Origin: Nemertoderma westbladi
Taxonomy: Eukaryota > Animalia > Xenacoelomorpha
NCBI GenBank assembly: GCA_032718475.1
Contig: JAUCBJ010006975.1
Coordinates: 1 to 64,000, forward strand
Direction: 5' to 3'
Length of the DNA: 64,000 bases
Shown here: one piece after another, positions 1 through 12,000 of the stretch
Layout of the letters: each line of letters starts with the position of its first letter
How positions within the stretch are numbered: position 1 is the first letter of the stretch
The notes under the pieces: generated by a model
Seen by the model: the letters and a program-made list of their open reading frames with translations, nothing else
What the model was told of the DNA's origin: nothing
Databases searched by the model: none
Made by a program: the position numbers and the translations under genes

Positions 1-460
1 AGAGATAGTTTCACCTCCCTCCTCCTTGCTGGGTGAGTCAGAATTTTATTTTTGCTTTTATTCTTTAGCTACAAGCGTTTGAAAAAGGTGTCTCCGTCGA
101 TATTGCACCAGTTACACCGCAGTTATTCTTCTACCTTATAGCTGGTTGTTGGTACCAATGGAAAGCTGGTCATGCAAGGATTCAAAATATGTAACACAAT
201 TTGAATTTCGTGGAAAAATAGCTGAGATATGGGCGTTCAAATATTGCATGGTTATGCACCGGCGCGAGGCTATTTTATTCTATTTGGCGATGGCCCCACG
301 AACGTCTTAGTGGTCGGGAAGTGAAACTGTCTCTGTTTCAAATTTCATGCAATCTCATTAAGATTTGTAGAAAAAAAATTTTAATTTTTTTTTTTTGGGG
401 GGGGGGGGGGGGGGAGTCGTGTCATTGAATTACGAATCTATATTCCGTGGCATTGTGTAA
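1..460. repeat. Fragments of the Tc1/mariner-like MITE family also seen at 3057-3689
   Basis: 1-90 is nearly identical to 3174-3265, and 318-400 matches 3577-3650 (gtgaaact..tttcaaatttcatgcaatctcattaagatttgtagaaaaa..G-run). Confidence 0.75.
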
Positions 461-1392
461 ATATGAGTATGATATATTGATATTTTGAATTTTTGCTTTT
501 TGTAGCAGCTCACAAACTTTGTAACTTAATGCTATACTCTAGAACACTAAATTGTTCCATTTCTATCACTACGCTTTGCTACCAAACATAATACAAATTT
601 TTTTAATTAGTAGCTATACCTATTATAAATTTTAAAAATATCTAGTTATATTTTCTAGAGCATTATATTTTATTTATTTTCTAGAATAGTGCATAATATT
701 TATAATTTGTTCTAGAGCTCTACTATGTTGCCATAACAATGACTATGTTATAAAATGTAGTGCTATATTTTTGTTTACTTTTTGTATACTTTTGTTTATC
801 AAATACGTAGCTGAGAAACAATGCATTACATCTTAAATCATTCTATTACGTAGCTATTCATACATTAACAAAATGTTCCAGAATATGGTGTATATTTATT
901 ACATAAAATAGCTTCGCGTAGTCAAAACCGTGCAATTTTTGAACGCTCATTATCTCAGCTAGTTCCCAACCAAATGCAAATGTTTTTACATATTAGAATC
1001 CTACACAGCCAGGTTTCTATCAATACCATCAAATTACAATAAGGTTGACGTTCCAACAATCAACTTCATCTACATATACTATAACACATGAGTAGATAAA
1101 TATATTATTTACATGTAATTTTTAAGAATTAGAGCATTTTTTATATAAATATTTCCATTTTCGAACAAAATCACCTTCCCCAAATCGTAATTTGGCACTT
1201 TATAAGTTACAGTTTTCGTCTATATTAAATTCCTCGCTTACGATCAGATTTCAAAACGTTCAAAACGCTTCGCACTGTAATTTTGTAAAGTGCTAGATTA
1301 TAATTATTTAAGTAATAATCAATCATTAGTATATTGCAACCATCTTGTGGTGTTGACGTACTGCATGTTACAGGTACGTACGGTCTACTCAC

Positions 1393-1548
1393 CAACAGCC
1401 GGGATTAGTACTGGTCCTCCTACTATTTTCCAACCATCTGGCGTTGGAGTTCCTATGGGTGTTTTTAAGGATTTCCATCCTTCAGGCACAGGGACTATAG
1501 GCTGGGGCATTTTCTCATCTTTAACATCCACCCATTGAATAGATTGCT
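1393..1548 (-). CDS. Putative internal coding exon of an unknown gene, antisense to and probably inside a dynein intron
   Basis: On the minus strand: acceptor TTTATTTTAG, a 156-nt (3n, phase 1-1) open frame QSIQWVDVKDEKMPQPIVPVPEGWKSLKTPIGTPTPDGWKIVGGPVLIPAV, and donor TG|GTGAGT. GC content is higher than the flanks. Confidence 0.5.
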
Positions 1549-1864
1549 CTAAAATAAACGTATAAAACTTTAATATTATCATTGGGTTTAACTGCCGGGT
1601 TTAAATGTTTCGCCGACAACCGTCAATCACAACAGACAGCGTAATTCTACGTAATTGTGACCTTGTCTAATCACTCCCGTTTATTGTTGAGAATGGTTGT
1701 CGGTTTTCGGCGTTGCGTTAACACCCCGCACGACTTTTCTATTTAAACGGATATTTTTTTATTTGACGATAGTCGTAATGTATTACAGAAATTGGTAATT
1801 TTGTTAAGTTATAATAATTTGTATACTATTTGTTAGAGATGATTGTTGTTACCATCGAGTTGGC

Positions 1865-2295
1865 GGTATCACTTCCGTACATGTACACCAAATCTGTATT
1901 TTTAAAATGTATGTTTTTAACTGTTATATTATCATTATTTTTCTTTATCATAGTATTAGATAATGTTAGATAACGTTAGATAAGGTTAGATAACGTGTTC
2001 TAGAACAATTATTGTCTTGTGAATTAGAAATAGCGAATAAAATACACATATAAATAATAAACATTCATATTTTTGTTAGTTTAGAGAAAATAAAAATACC
2101 AAATATTTCATTTTACAATTATTATTTGCAATATTTTCATAAAATACTAGCTACCATAAAAATATTTAATAGCTACCATAATATTGTGTGAAGGTCCAAC
2201 TATGTTCTAGAACACTAATTATATCCAAAAAAAAAACACATAAAAAATACACATTAAAAAATCCAGATTTGGTGTACATGTACGGAAGTGATACC
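1865..2295. mobile_element. MITE, Merlin-like (GG...CC termini, 8-bp TSD)
   Basis: TIR GGTATCACTTCCGTACATGTACACCAAATCTG is inverted at the right end. GAGTTGGC is duplicated at 1857-1864 and 2296-2303. Confidence 0.8.
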
Positions 2296-3056
2296 GAGTT
2301 GGCCGTGGTATTACGGTTGGTGTATGTTTGGTCAGTGTTAGTTTGTCTACGGTTGGATACATGTTCTATTGTTTGCGAACATGACAAGAAAATATACTAG
2401 TAAAATTGATCAGAACAAAATTATAAAACAAAAAATATTTGTTTTATAGCTTTATTTTGTCAAATTGTAAAATTTACTATTAAAAAAAACGAATACGGAA
2501 CTCATTCCGTTTAGAAAGTAGAAAAAGTTTGAAACTAATTGTTGGCCATAATTAATAAAACAGTAATTTAACCCTAACCCAAGTCATGAGGCCCTAATCA
2601 AGGACTTCTAGAATATAGTTATCCATGAAATAACACAGGCATCCAGTGTCATTTTATGCCAGCTAATTTATTACGGTGGTTAGAAAACACGATAATTCGT
2701 TTCTAATTCTAGCTTATTCAAAACAAAAAAAATACTAGCTAATATGCTAAAAAAACAATATCACGCATGCTAAGTACCTACTCAACAGCCATTTCAACTA
2801 CAGGGCTATACTGCACCACAGTCAGTGGAGGACATGTAGGAAAAAAACAAGGTTCTCAAAATTTATACTCACCTATAAATATTAAATTTAATATAATAAG
2901 AATACAAATATGATTCAGATTTCTACATTATTTACATGTTACCAAAACTAACTAAGAGTTATTTATTTAAATAGAGTTCTAGATACCGATTTATTTAATA
3001 CCATGGTTAAGTGTCTCAGGTACAGGGACACTAATAATACACCACCTCCCGGAATA

Positions 3057-3689
3057 CACCATGTCCTGGAATATAGTGTCGTTATTCAGGTACCTGGACC
3101 CCCCCCCCCCCCCCCCCGCCAAAAAAAAAATTTTTTTTTACAAATTTGAATGAGATTGCATGAAATTTGAAACAGAGATAGTTTCACCTCCCTCCTCCTT
3201 GCTGGGTGAGCCAGAATTTTTATTTTCGCTTTCATTCTTTAGCCACAAGCGTTTGAAAAAGGTGTACTTATGAGATAAACAAAATGTTCTAGAACATTGT
3301 GTATTAAAATAGAATAAATGGCCTGCAGCGGAAGCAAATACATGCAAAATTCGAATGCCCGTTTCTCAGTTATTTCCCAACCAAATTCACATATTTTTAC
3401 ATATTTGGAATCCTTGCACGATCAGCTTTCCACTAGTACCAACAAATCTCTAAATGTTTGAAGAATAACTGCGGTGTAACTGGTGCAATATCGACGGAGA
3501 CAACTTTTTTAAACGCTTGTAGCTAAAGAATGAAAGCGAAAATAAAAATTCTGGCTCACCCAGCAAGGAGGAGGGAGGTGAAACTATCTCTATTTCAAAT
3601 TTCATGCAATCTCATTAAGATTTGTAGAAAAATTTGGGGGGGGGGGGTCCAGGTATCTGAACAACGACACTATATTCCAGGACATGGTG
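3057..3689. mobile_element. MITE, Tc1/mariner-like, with ~200-bp inverted arms
   Basis: TA|CACCATGTCCTGGAATATAGTGTCGTT...AACGACACTATATTCCAGGACATGGTG|TA; the arms 3057-3265 and ~3505-3689 are inverted copies. Confidence 0.8.
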
Positions 3690-3691
3690 TA

Positions 3692-4160
3692 GTACGTGAT
3701 TTCTCATACATAAACAAAATGTTCTAGAACATGGTGTATTTATTTATTAGAATATAATGACCTGCAGCGGAAGCAAATACATGCAACCTTCGAATGCAAA
3801 TATCTCAAATATTTCCCAATTAAATTCAAAATTTGAATTTGTTAATAATTTAAATATGTTTTTAGTTATTTGGAATTGGAATGGCCAGCTTTCTAATAGT
3901 ACCAACAAATCACTAAGGGAGAAGAACAACTTCGGTGTAACTGGTGCAATATTGACGGAGGCCACCTTTCTTCAACTTTTGACTGTTGTAGTCTGTGTAT
4001 TAAGTGTAACTGTTGCAATATTTTTATACGCTTGTAGCTAAATAATGGAAATGAAAATATAATTTCTGGCTCAACCAGTATGGAGGGGGGAGGTGAAATT
4101 GTCTCAATCACAAATCTCATACAGTCTCTTTAACATTCGTATAAAAATTTGGGGCTTGGG
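3692..4160. repeat. Diverged adjacent partial copy of the same MITE family
   Basis: Repeats 3265-3640 (taaacaaaatgttctagaacat, cctgcagcggaagcaaatacatgcaa, ggtgtaactggtgcaatat). Confidence 0.7.
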
Positions 4161-4460
4161 TCACACCGCGGCACATCATAGATCGTGAAAATAAAATATA
4201 GTTGCTGTGTCAAGATTCGTAATTAATTATTGACATACCTTATACTATGTTCCATATTAAGTATATTAAATGCAATATAACACACATTAAAGTATGCAAA
4301 TGTAAGCAATTAAGCATCTCCAGTCTCAATAACAATCAATTAATCGACATGTTGTGTAAAATCACAACATGACAGTTGTCGACATTAATTTGTAATTTGT
4401 GAACTGAAAAGCTATGAAATATTTCATCAAATTTATTTGATATGACCCAATGGTTCATTC

Positions 4461-4825
4461 TATATAAAAAATGTTCTTTTTTATAAAACGTTTTCCTTTA
4501 TATAAAATGTTTTCCATTTTATAAAATGTTTTCCTTTTTATAAAACGTTTTCCTTTTTATAAAATGTTTTCCTTTTTATAAAATGTTTTCCATTTTATAA
4601 AATGTTTTCCTTTTTATAAAACGTTTTCCTTTTTATAAAATGTTTTCCTTTTTATAAAATGTTTTCCTTTTTATAAAATGTTTTCCTTTTTATAAAATGT
4701 TTTCCTTTTTATAAAATGTTTTCCTTTTTATAAAATGTTTTCCTTTTTATTAAATGTTTTCCTTTTTATAAAATGTTTTCCTTTTTATTAAATGTTTTCC
4801 TTTTTATAAAATGTTTTCCTTTTTA
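4461..4825. repeat. 19-bp minisatellite (TTTTATAAAATGTTTTCCT)n, ~19 copies
   Basis: The 19-nt period is directly visible. The array runs into the acceptor site of the dynein exon at 4833. Confidence 0.95.
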
Positions 4826-4832
4826 TCTCTAG

Positions 4833-4990
4833 ATGACTCTGATAAGCGATGGTTCATCTTCGATGGTCCTGTCGACGCTGTTTGGATTGAGAACATGAAC
4901 ACCGTATTGGATGACAACAAGAAACTATGCCTTAGCAGTGGGGAGATTATTAAACTAACAGACGAAATGGAAATGATGTTTGAAGTACAG
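4833..4990 (+). CDS. DNAH1: Axonemal dynein heavy chain (DNAH1-like), internal exon in the AAA2 region
   Basis: Reads ..[50 protein letters not shown] at 4831-4832, GT at 4991-4992; splices in frame to DLAVASPATVSRCG at 6005. Confidence 0.93.
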
Positions 4991-5264
4991 GTACAGACAG
5001 ATGTTACAAGAGTTATGTAATTAATGCATATTAATTTTATTATTTTTTTAATTTTATTTTCATTGTTGTCCCTTTTGCAGAAACGAAGCTGTTTTACATT
5101 TTATTCTACCGTCGTATCCTGCCAGAATATTTGAATTTTAAATCCCGGAACTTCACGTAAAGAAATTGGTAGTAAAGCAATTTTAATAATATTATAAAGA
5201 ATATACTGTTTTCCCAACCTTTCATGGGTGAAACTGATAAAGATGATATTCCAGATAATAAAGG

Positions 5265-5940
5265 CTACCAATTAAAGTCACACCAAAATTGATGACAATT
5301 TCACCAAAAAAATTTATATTTAAATAATGTTACCCCAAAAAATAATTTAACACCAAATAAAATAAAGTCACCCCAAATAATATTATTCAAACACCAAAAT
5401 AAATTTTTCAACACCAAGAACAATTATTCAACACCAAAATAAATGCCAAGACCCCCAAAATAAATACAAATTTTCCCAAAATAAATACATTCCCCCCAAA
5501 CTAAATTGATATTCCCCCAAAATAAATACCCCCAAAATAATCAAATATTCTACCAAAGTATACAGACTTTCAATTACAGACACTCAGTTGCAGAGACTAT
5601 TGGTACGATAATCGTCGGTATAATATGATTAAACATTTTGTTTGATTTATGAAGTAATGAATGAATTTGTACAAATAAATTTTCCATAAAATATTTGGTG
5701 CTGGAAAAATTGTTTTTGGTTGACAAGTAATTATTTTAGGGAGATTGAATAATTGTTTTTTGGGGCTTAAATAATTGTTGTTGGGGGGGGGGGGGGGGGG
5801 GGGGAATGAATAATTGTTTTTTGGTGAGAGAGATATTAAAAATTAGGGGATATAAATTGGTGCTTACCAACAATTATATTTGGTGCTAAATAATTTATTT
5901 TGGTGTCAAATCATCTAATTTGGGGTGGCATTCAATTAGT
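5265..5940. repeat. Foldback-like element with modular low-complexity inverted arms (CCAAAATAA / TTATTTTGG)
   Basis: The left arm is rich in CACCAAAATAA/CCCCAAAATAA units and the right arm in their reverse complements, with loosely inverted ends. Confidence 0.5.
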
Positions 5941-6004
5941 TCTAGATAATATATAGTTCATACTATTATAAATTTTGCCAATTAATAACTATCTTTTTAT
6001 TTAG

Positions 6005-9000
6005 GATCTGGCGGTTGCTTCGCCGGCCACCGTTTCGCGATGTGGCATGGTCTACCTCGAGCCCTCCAACCTGGGACTGAAACCCCTGATCACCTGCTGG
6101 TTGCGTATGATCCCCGATGTGATGCTCCCCCACAAGGACATCCTGCAATCGTTGTTCGACCGATTCCTCGTCGACTCACTCGGATTTATTCGCGACAACT
6201 GCAAAGAGATAGTTCCCTCGGTGGACAGCAACCTCACCTTCAGTTGCACCCGCGTCATCGACTGTTTCTTCGCGCCGTTCGTCCCGAAGGAAGGCGATCG
6301 GCCGCTGCCGGACGCGAAACTCAACCGAATTCCCGAGCTGCTCGAGCCGTGGTTTTGTTTCTCGCTTATTTGGTCGGTGGGCGCGACTTGCGACGGCGAC
6401 AGCCGCATTAAGTTCAGCGAATGGCTTCGCGAGCGAATGAAATCGGAGGGAATCGCTCTTCCGTTTCCGCCGGAAGGAGTTGTTTATGATTATCGACTCG
6501 ACGACGCCGGGATATCCAGTCCAGACGACGAAGATGAAGATGAAGAAGTTGGTGATAAGCCGGTTGCTTGGGTTAACTGGATGAATAACGTGAAAGAACC
6601 GGTTATAACAGTGGACACGAAATACAATGACATCATAGTCCCAACTATTGATACAGTTAGGGGGTCTCATCTTCTGGAAATGCTTGTTATCAATAAAAAG
6701 CAAGTGTTATGTGTTGGGCCTACGGGCACTTCGAAGACACTCACTATCGCTGACAAACTTCTCAAGGCCATGCCTCCGCAATTCATTGCTGAGTTTCTAA
6801 CGTTTTCAGCCAGGACCTCTGCCAATCAAACTCAAGATCTTTTGGACGGGAAATTAGATAAACGAAGAAAGGGTATATTTGGTCCCCCGCTTGGGAAGTT
6901 TTTTGTATTTTTCATCGATGATTTTAATATGCCGGGGGTGGAAGTGTACGGAGCTCAGCCACCCATAGAGTTGATTCGTCAGTATATGGATCACAGCGGT
7001 TGGTACGATCGCCGGGCCATCGGTTCCTTCCGCAAACTCGTCGATATATCGTTCGTCTGCGCCATGGGACCCCCAGGAGGTGGGCGAAACCCGATAACAG
7101 CCCGATTGAAGCGACATTTCAACTATCTAAGCTTCACAGAGATGGAAGATCAAAGTAAAGTGAGAATACTGAAAGTAATTCTGGATAGTTGGTTGACGCG
7201 TTGTGATGGTGCTGGTTTGTTCGAGATTGGGACCAAACTCGTGCACTCGGCTATCGAGATTTATAATACAGTTGTGCAACAGTTGCTTCCAACGCCAGCG
7301 AAAAGTCATTATACATTTAATCTTCGTGATCTTAGTAAAGTGTTCCAGGGGATATTGATGGGTGAGCCGTCCGCCATGCTGGATGTCAGCGATGTGTGTA
7401 AGCTGTGGTACCATGAGTCATGCAGAGTGTTCCAGGATCGTTTAGTTAATGATGATGATCGTGATTGGTTCGATGGCGTTATGCGAAGCAACATAGAGAA
7501 GGCCATGGGAGTAAAACTGGAGGACATCGTTCAGCAACATCCTCTACTTTATGGGGATTTTATGTCACCCAACAGCGATACAAAGAAATACTTAGAAATC
7601 TCAGATCATGTTAAAATGGCTCGGATATTAAACGAGTACTTGGACGATTACAACCAGGTGAACACAGCTCGAATGAAGTTGGTTCTATTTTTAGATGCGA
7701 TGTGTCACATTTGTCGGATATCACGTATAATCCGACAGCCCCTTGGAAATGCCCTTCTCCTTGGTGTAGGGGGGAGCGGTCGTCAAAGTCTCACTAGGTT
7801 GGCTGCTCACGTCGCCGAATACGATATATTCCAGATAGAACTAAGTAAAAACTACGGTATGAATGAGTGGAGAGAAGATCTAAAAAGGATGATGTTAAAA
7901 GCGGGTTTGGAAAACCAACAGATTGTTTTTCTGTTCACGGATACCCAAATTAAGAGTGAATCTTTTTTAGAAGACATAAATAATATTCTAAATAGTGGTG
8001 ATGTTCCCAATTTGTTCTCACTTGATGAGTTGGATCAAATTTACACAAAAATGAAGCCGCTTGTCCAGGAGTTGGGTCAACAACCTACAAAAACTAATCT
8101 TTACTCAGCTTATACCAAGCAGGTTAGAAGCAATGTCCACACTGTGTTAGGCATGAGTCCATTAGGCGAGGTATTCCGAGCTAGACTCAGACAATTTCCG
8201 GCTCTAGTCAATTGTTGCACCATTAATTGGTTCTCAGAATGGCCGGATGTTGCCTTGGAGAATGTAGCAGAGACCTTCCTCGGTGAAATTCCCGAGCTGG
8301 AGGGAGATGAGTCTATTCTTAAGGGTTTGAACTTTATGTGCATGTTAATCCATCAGTCTGTTGCGAAAAGCAGTTTGGATTTCTTTGCCCAACTTTCGCG
8401 CCATAACTATGTTACACCCACATCATATTTAGAACTACTAGGTATTTTTTCAAAACTGTTGGGTCTGAAAAAGATGGAGGTCAAGACGGCGCGGAACAGG
8501 ATGAAGACAGGTTTGGATAAGCTTCTAAGTACTGCAGATGATGTTGCAAAAATGCAGGAGGAGCTTGAAGTATTGAAGCCAATGTTAGCTGAGGCCGCAG
8601 CTGAGACAGAAATAACTATGTTGCAAATTGAAAAAGACACTGTCGTTGCCGAGGATACGAGACAAGTTGTCGAAAAAGAGGAAGCATCTGCCACAGAGAT
8701 GGCTAAAGCTGCCCAAGCTATAGCAGATGATGCGCAGAAGGATTTAGATGAGGCTTTGCCGGCTCTGGAGGCGGCTACAGCAGCTCTTAAGCTTCTAAAT
8801 AAAAATGATATTGTAGAGGTTCGTGCAATGCAGCGTCCTCCAGCTGGTGTCAAGTTAGTCATTGAAGCAGCTTGTATCCTAAAGAAGATAACACCTAAGA
8901 AGGTTGCTGGCGAAAAGTTGGGAACAAAAGTGGATGATTATTGGGAACCCGGTAAAGCCATGCTCCAGGATCCTGCTAAATTTCTTGAGAGTTTATTCAA

Positions 9001-12000
9001 ATACGATAAAGACAATATTCCTGATGCTGTCATATCAAAGCTAACACCATATATAGAAAGTGATGATTTCCAACCGGCTGCTATTGCAAAAGTTAGCAAA
9101 GCGTGTACTAGTATATGTCAATGGGCCCGGGCGATGTACAAGTACCACTTTGTTGCTAAGGCAGTAGAGCCAAAACGCCAAGCACTTGGCGAAGCGAGGG
9201 CGGAATTGGCAGAGAGTCAACGTTTGCTGGCAGAAGCCAAGGCAAGTCTTGCGGAAGTACAAGAAGGATTGGCGTTGTTACAGGCGAAATTTGAAGAATG
9301 TGTTGCAAAGAAAAAAGATCTTGAGTTCAAATTTACTGAATGTGAAGAGCGATTGATCCGTGCTGATAAACTAATCAATTCATTGGCTGACGAGAAAGAG
9401 AGGTGGGCGGAATCCGTGACTTCTCTCACGGAAAAGAGCGAGCGAATGGTGGGCAATGTGCTAATAGCGGCAGGTTATGTTGCATACTTGGGTCCATTCA
9501 CTGGTGAATTCCGTCTTTCCTTGATGACGGAGTGGTACAATGCATTAGAAGAGCAGCTAGTTCCACACACCGATGATTGCACTTTGATCGCTACGCTTGG
9601 AGAACCAGTTCGAATTCGCAATTGGCAGATCGCCGGTCTGCCAAGGGATAATTTGTCGGTAGAAAATGGCGTAATTGTTCAGTTTACTCAACGTTGGCCT
9701 TTGTTTATTGACCCACAAGGACAAGCAAACAAGTGGGTTAAGAACTTAGAACATGATGCTGGTGTTGATGTTATTAAACTAAGTGACAAGGACTTTCTAA
9801 GAAGTTTAGAGAATGCTGTCAGATTTGGAAAACCCTGTCTTTTGGAAAACATAGCAGAAGAGTTAGATCCGGCATTAGAGCCTATATTACTGAGACAAAC
9901 TTTCAAACAACAAGGATCAACGGTAATTAAACTGGGAGATAATGTAATCCCTTATCACGATGACTTTAAGTTTTATTTGACGACAAAGTTCCCGAATCCT
10001 CATTACTCCCCGGAGATATCCATTAAGGTGACTATTGTTAACTTCACATTGGCACCCAGTGGATTGGAGGACCAGTTGTTGGCTCTCGTGGTTGCAGAAG
10101 AAAGACCAGACCTTGAGGAAGCTAAAAATCAGCTTATAGTTTCGAACGCGAAAATGAAACAAGATCTTAAAGAAATAGAAGATAAAATCCTAGAAAGATT
10201 GTCTTCTTCAGAAGGCAGTCCGGTTGATGACATTGATTTAATCGCCACACTGGAAGCCTCAAAGATAAAATCCCAAGAAATTAAAGCCAAAGTGGTGATT
10301 GCAGAAGAAACTGAGAAGGATATTGATTCTACTAGATCTAAATACATTCCTGTAGCTGTGCGGACCCAGATTCTGTTCTTCTGCGTCACCGATCTTTGCA
10401 ATGTGGACCCTATGTACCAATACAGCTTGGAGTGGTTTATCAGTATATTTATTGGTGGTATTCAAAACTCCGAAAGAGCAGACACCCTGGAGGTAAGAAT
10501 ATTGAATATCAATGAGTATTTTACATTTTCATTATTTAGTAATGTTTGTAGATCGCTGTTTGAGAAACACAAATTAATGTTCGCTTTCCTTATGGCAACG
10601 CGAATTCTTATGGATGAGGGTCTAATAAACATGGAGGAATGGCGTTACCTGCTTTCCGGGGGTGTTGTACCTGAGGATGATATCGGGAACCCGGCCCCGG
10701 AATGGCTTAGTGAACGCTCCTGGGGCGACATATTGTCCCTCGCGGTTTTACCAAAGTTCAAAAGTTTGGCGCTTGAATTTAAAGGCCATGTTACTGGATT
10801 TAAAAGAGTCTTTGACAGCACTGAGCCACACAGAGAAGACTATCCTGGTAATTGGAATACCGATCTTGATTCATTCCAAAAGATTCTGTTACTGAAATGT
10901 ATTCGGTCTGACACCCTCACTAATGCGATGCAAGACTACGTTGCTCTACAATTGGGGCAAAGGTTTATTGAACCGCAGACGTCAGACCTCCATTTGGTCT
11001 TCAAAGACAGCTCCACAACGACCCCTTTGATATTCGTTCTGAGCGCCGGGACTGACCCTGCCTCCGACCTCTACAAATTCGCGGAAGAGATGAAATTTTC
11101 CAAGAAACTGTTGGCCATATCGCTGGGTCAGGGACAGGGGGTGCGAGCCGAAGCGCTGATGAAGTCGGCTATGGAACGCGGAAAGTGGGTTTTCTTCCAG
11201 AACTGTCATCTCAGTCCATCTTGGATGCCGAGTCTGGAACGTCTCATCGAGAACATCGACCCTGATAAAGTTCACCGTGATTTCCGACTCTGGTTGACGT
11301 CAATGCCGAGCAACAAATTCCCTGTGTCAATCCTACAGAATTCTTCCAAAATGACAGTAGAACCACCTCGGGGTATAAAAGCGAATCTTTTGAAATCTTA
11401 CACATCAATCAATGATGATTTTCTAATATCATGCGAAGGTCGTGTTTCTGAATTTAAGAGTCTTGTTCTATCTCTGTGTTTATTTCACGGAGTTACATTA
11501 GAACGAAGGAAATTTGGTGCGTTGGGCTTTAACATCCCTTATGAATTTACGGACGGTGACTTGCGAATTTGCTTGAGTCAATTGAAGATGTTCTTGATGG
11601 AGTATTCCGATATTCCATTTAAAGTTCTCACCTATACGGCGGGGCAAATTAATTATGGCGGGCGGGTTACTGACGATTGGGATCGTCGGTGTATAATGAA
11701 CATCCTCGACAGCTTCTACAATGACAATGTCTTCCAGGATGGATTCACATACTCGCCTAGCGGCGTCTACAAACAAATATCCACGGAGATCGACCACACT
11801 GGCTATATGGAGTACATCAGATCCCTGCCTATCAACGACACCCCCGAGATCTTCGGTCTCCATGACAACGCGAACATCACGTTCGCACAGAACGAGACGT
11901 TCGCTCTTCTCGGCTCGCTGGTGATGTTGCAACCCAGGAGTGGCGGCGGAGGGGGCGCCAAATCCCGCGACGAGATAATCGAGACCCAGGCAAAGTTTAT

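Noticed and set aside
4461-4825. CRISPR-like array (also considered for 16660-16955, 42160-42364 and 44731-44886)
   Set aside because: These are tandem or local repeats with no unique spacers and no cas genes, in a eukaryotic context.
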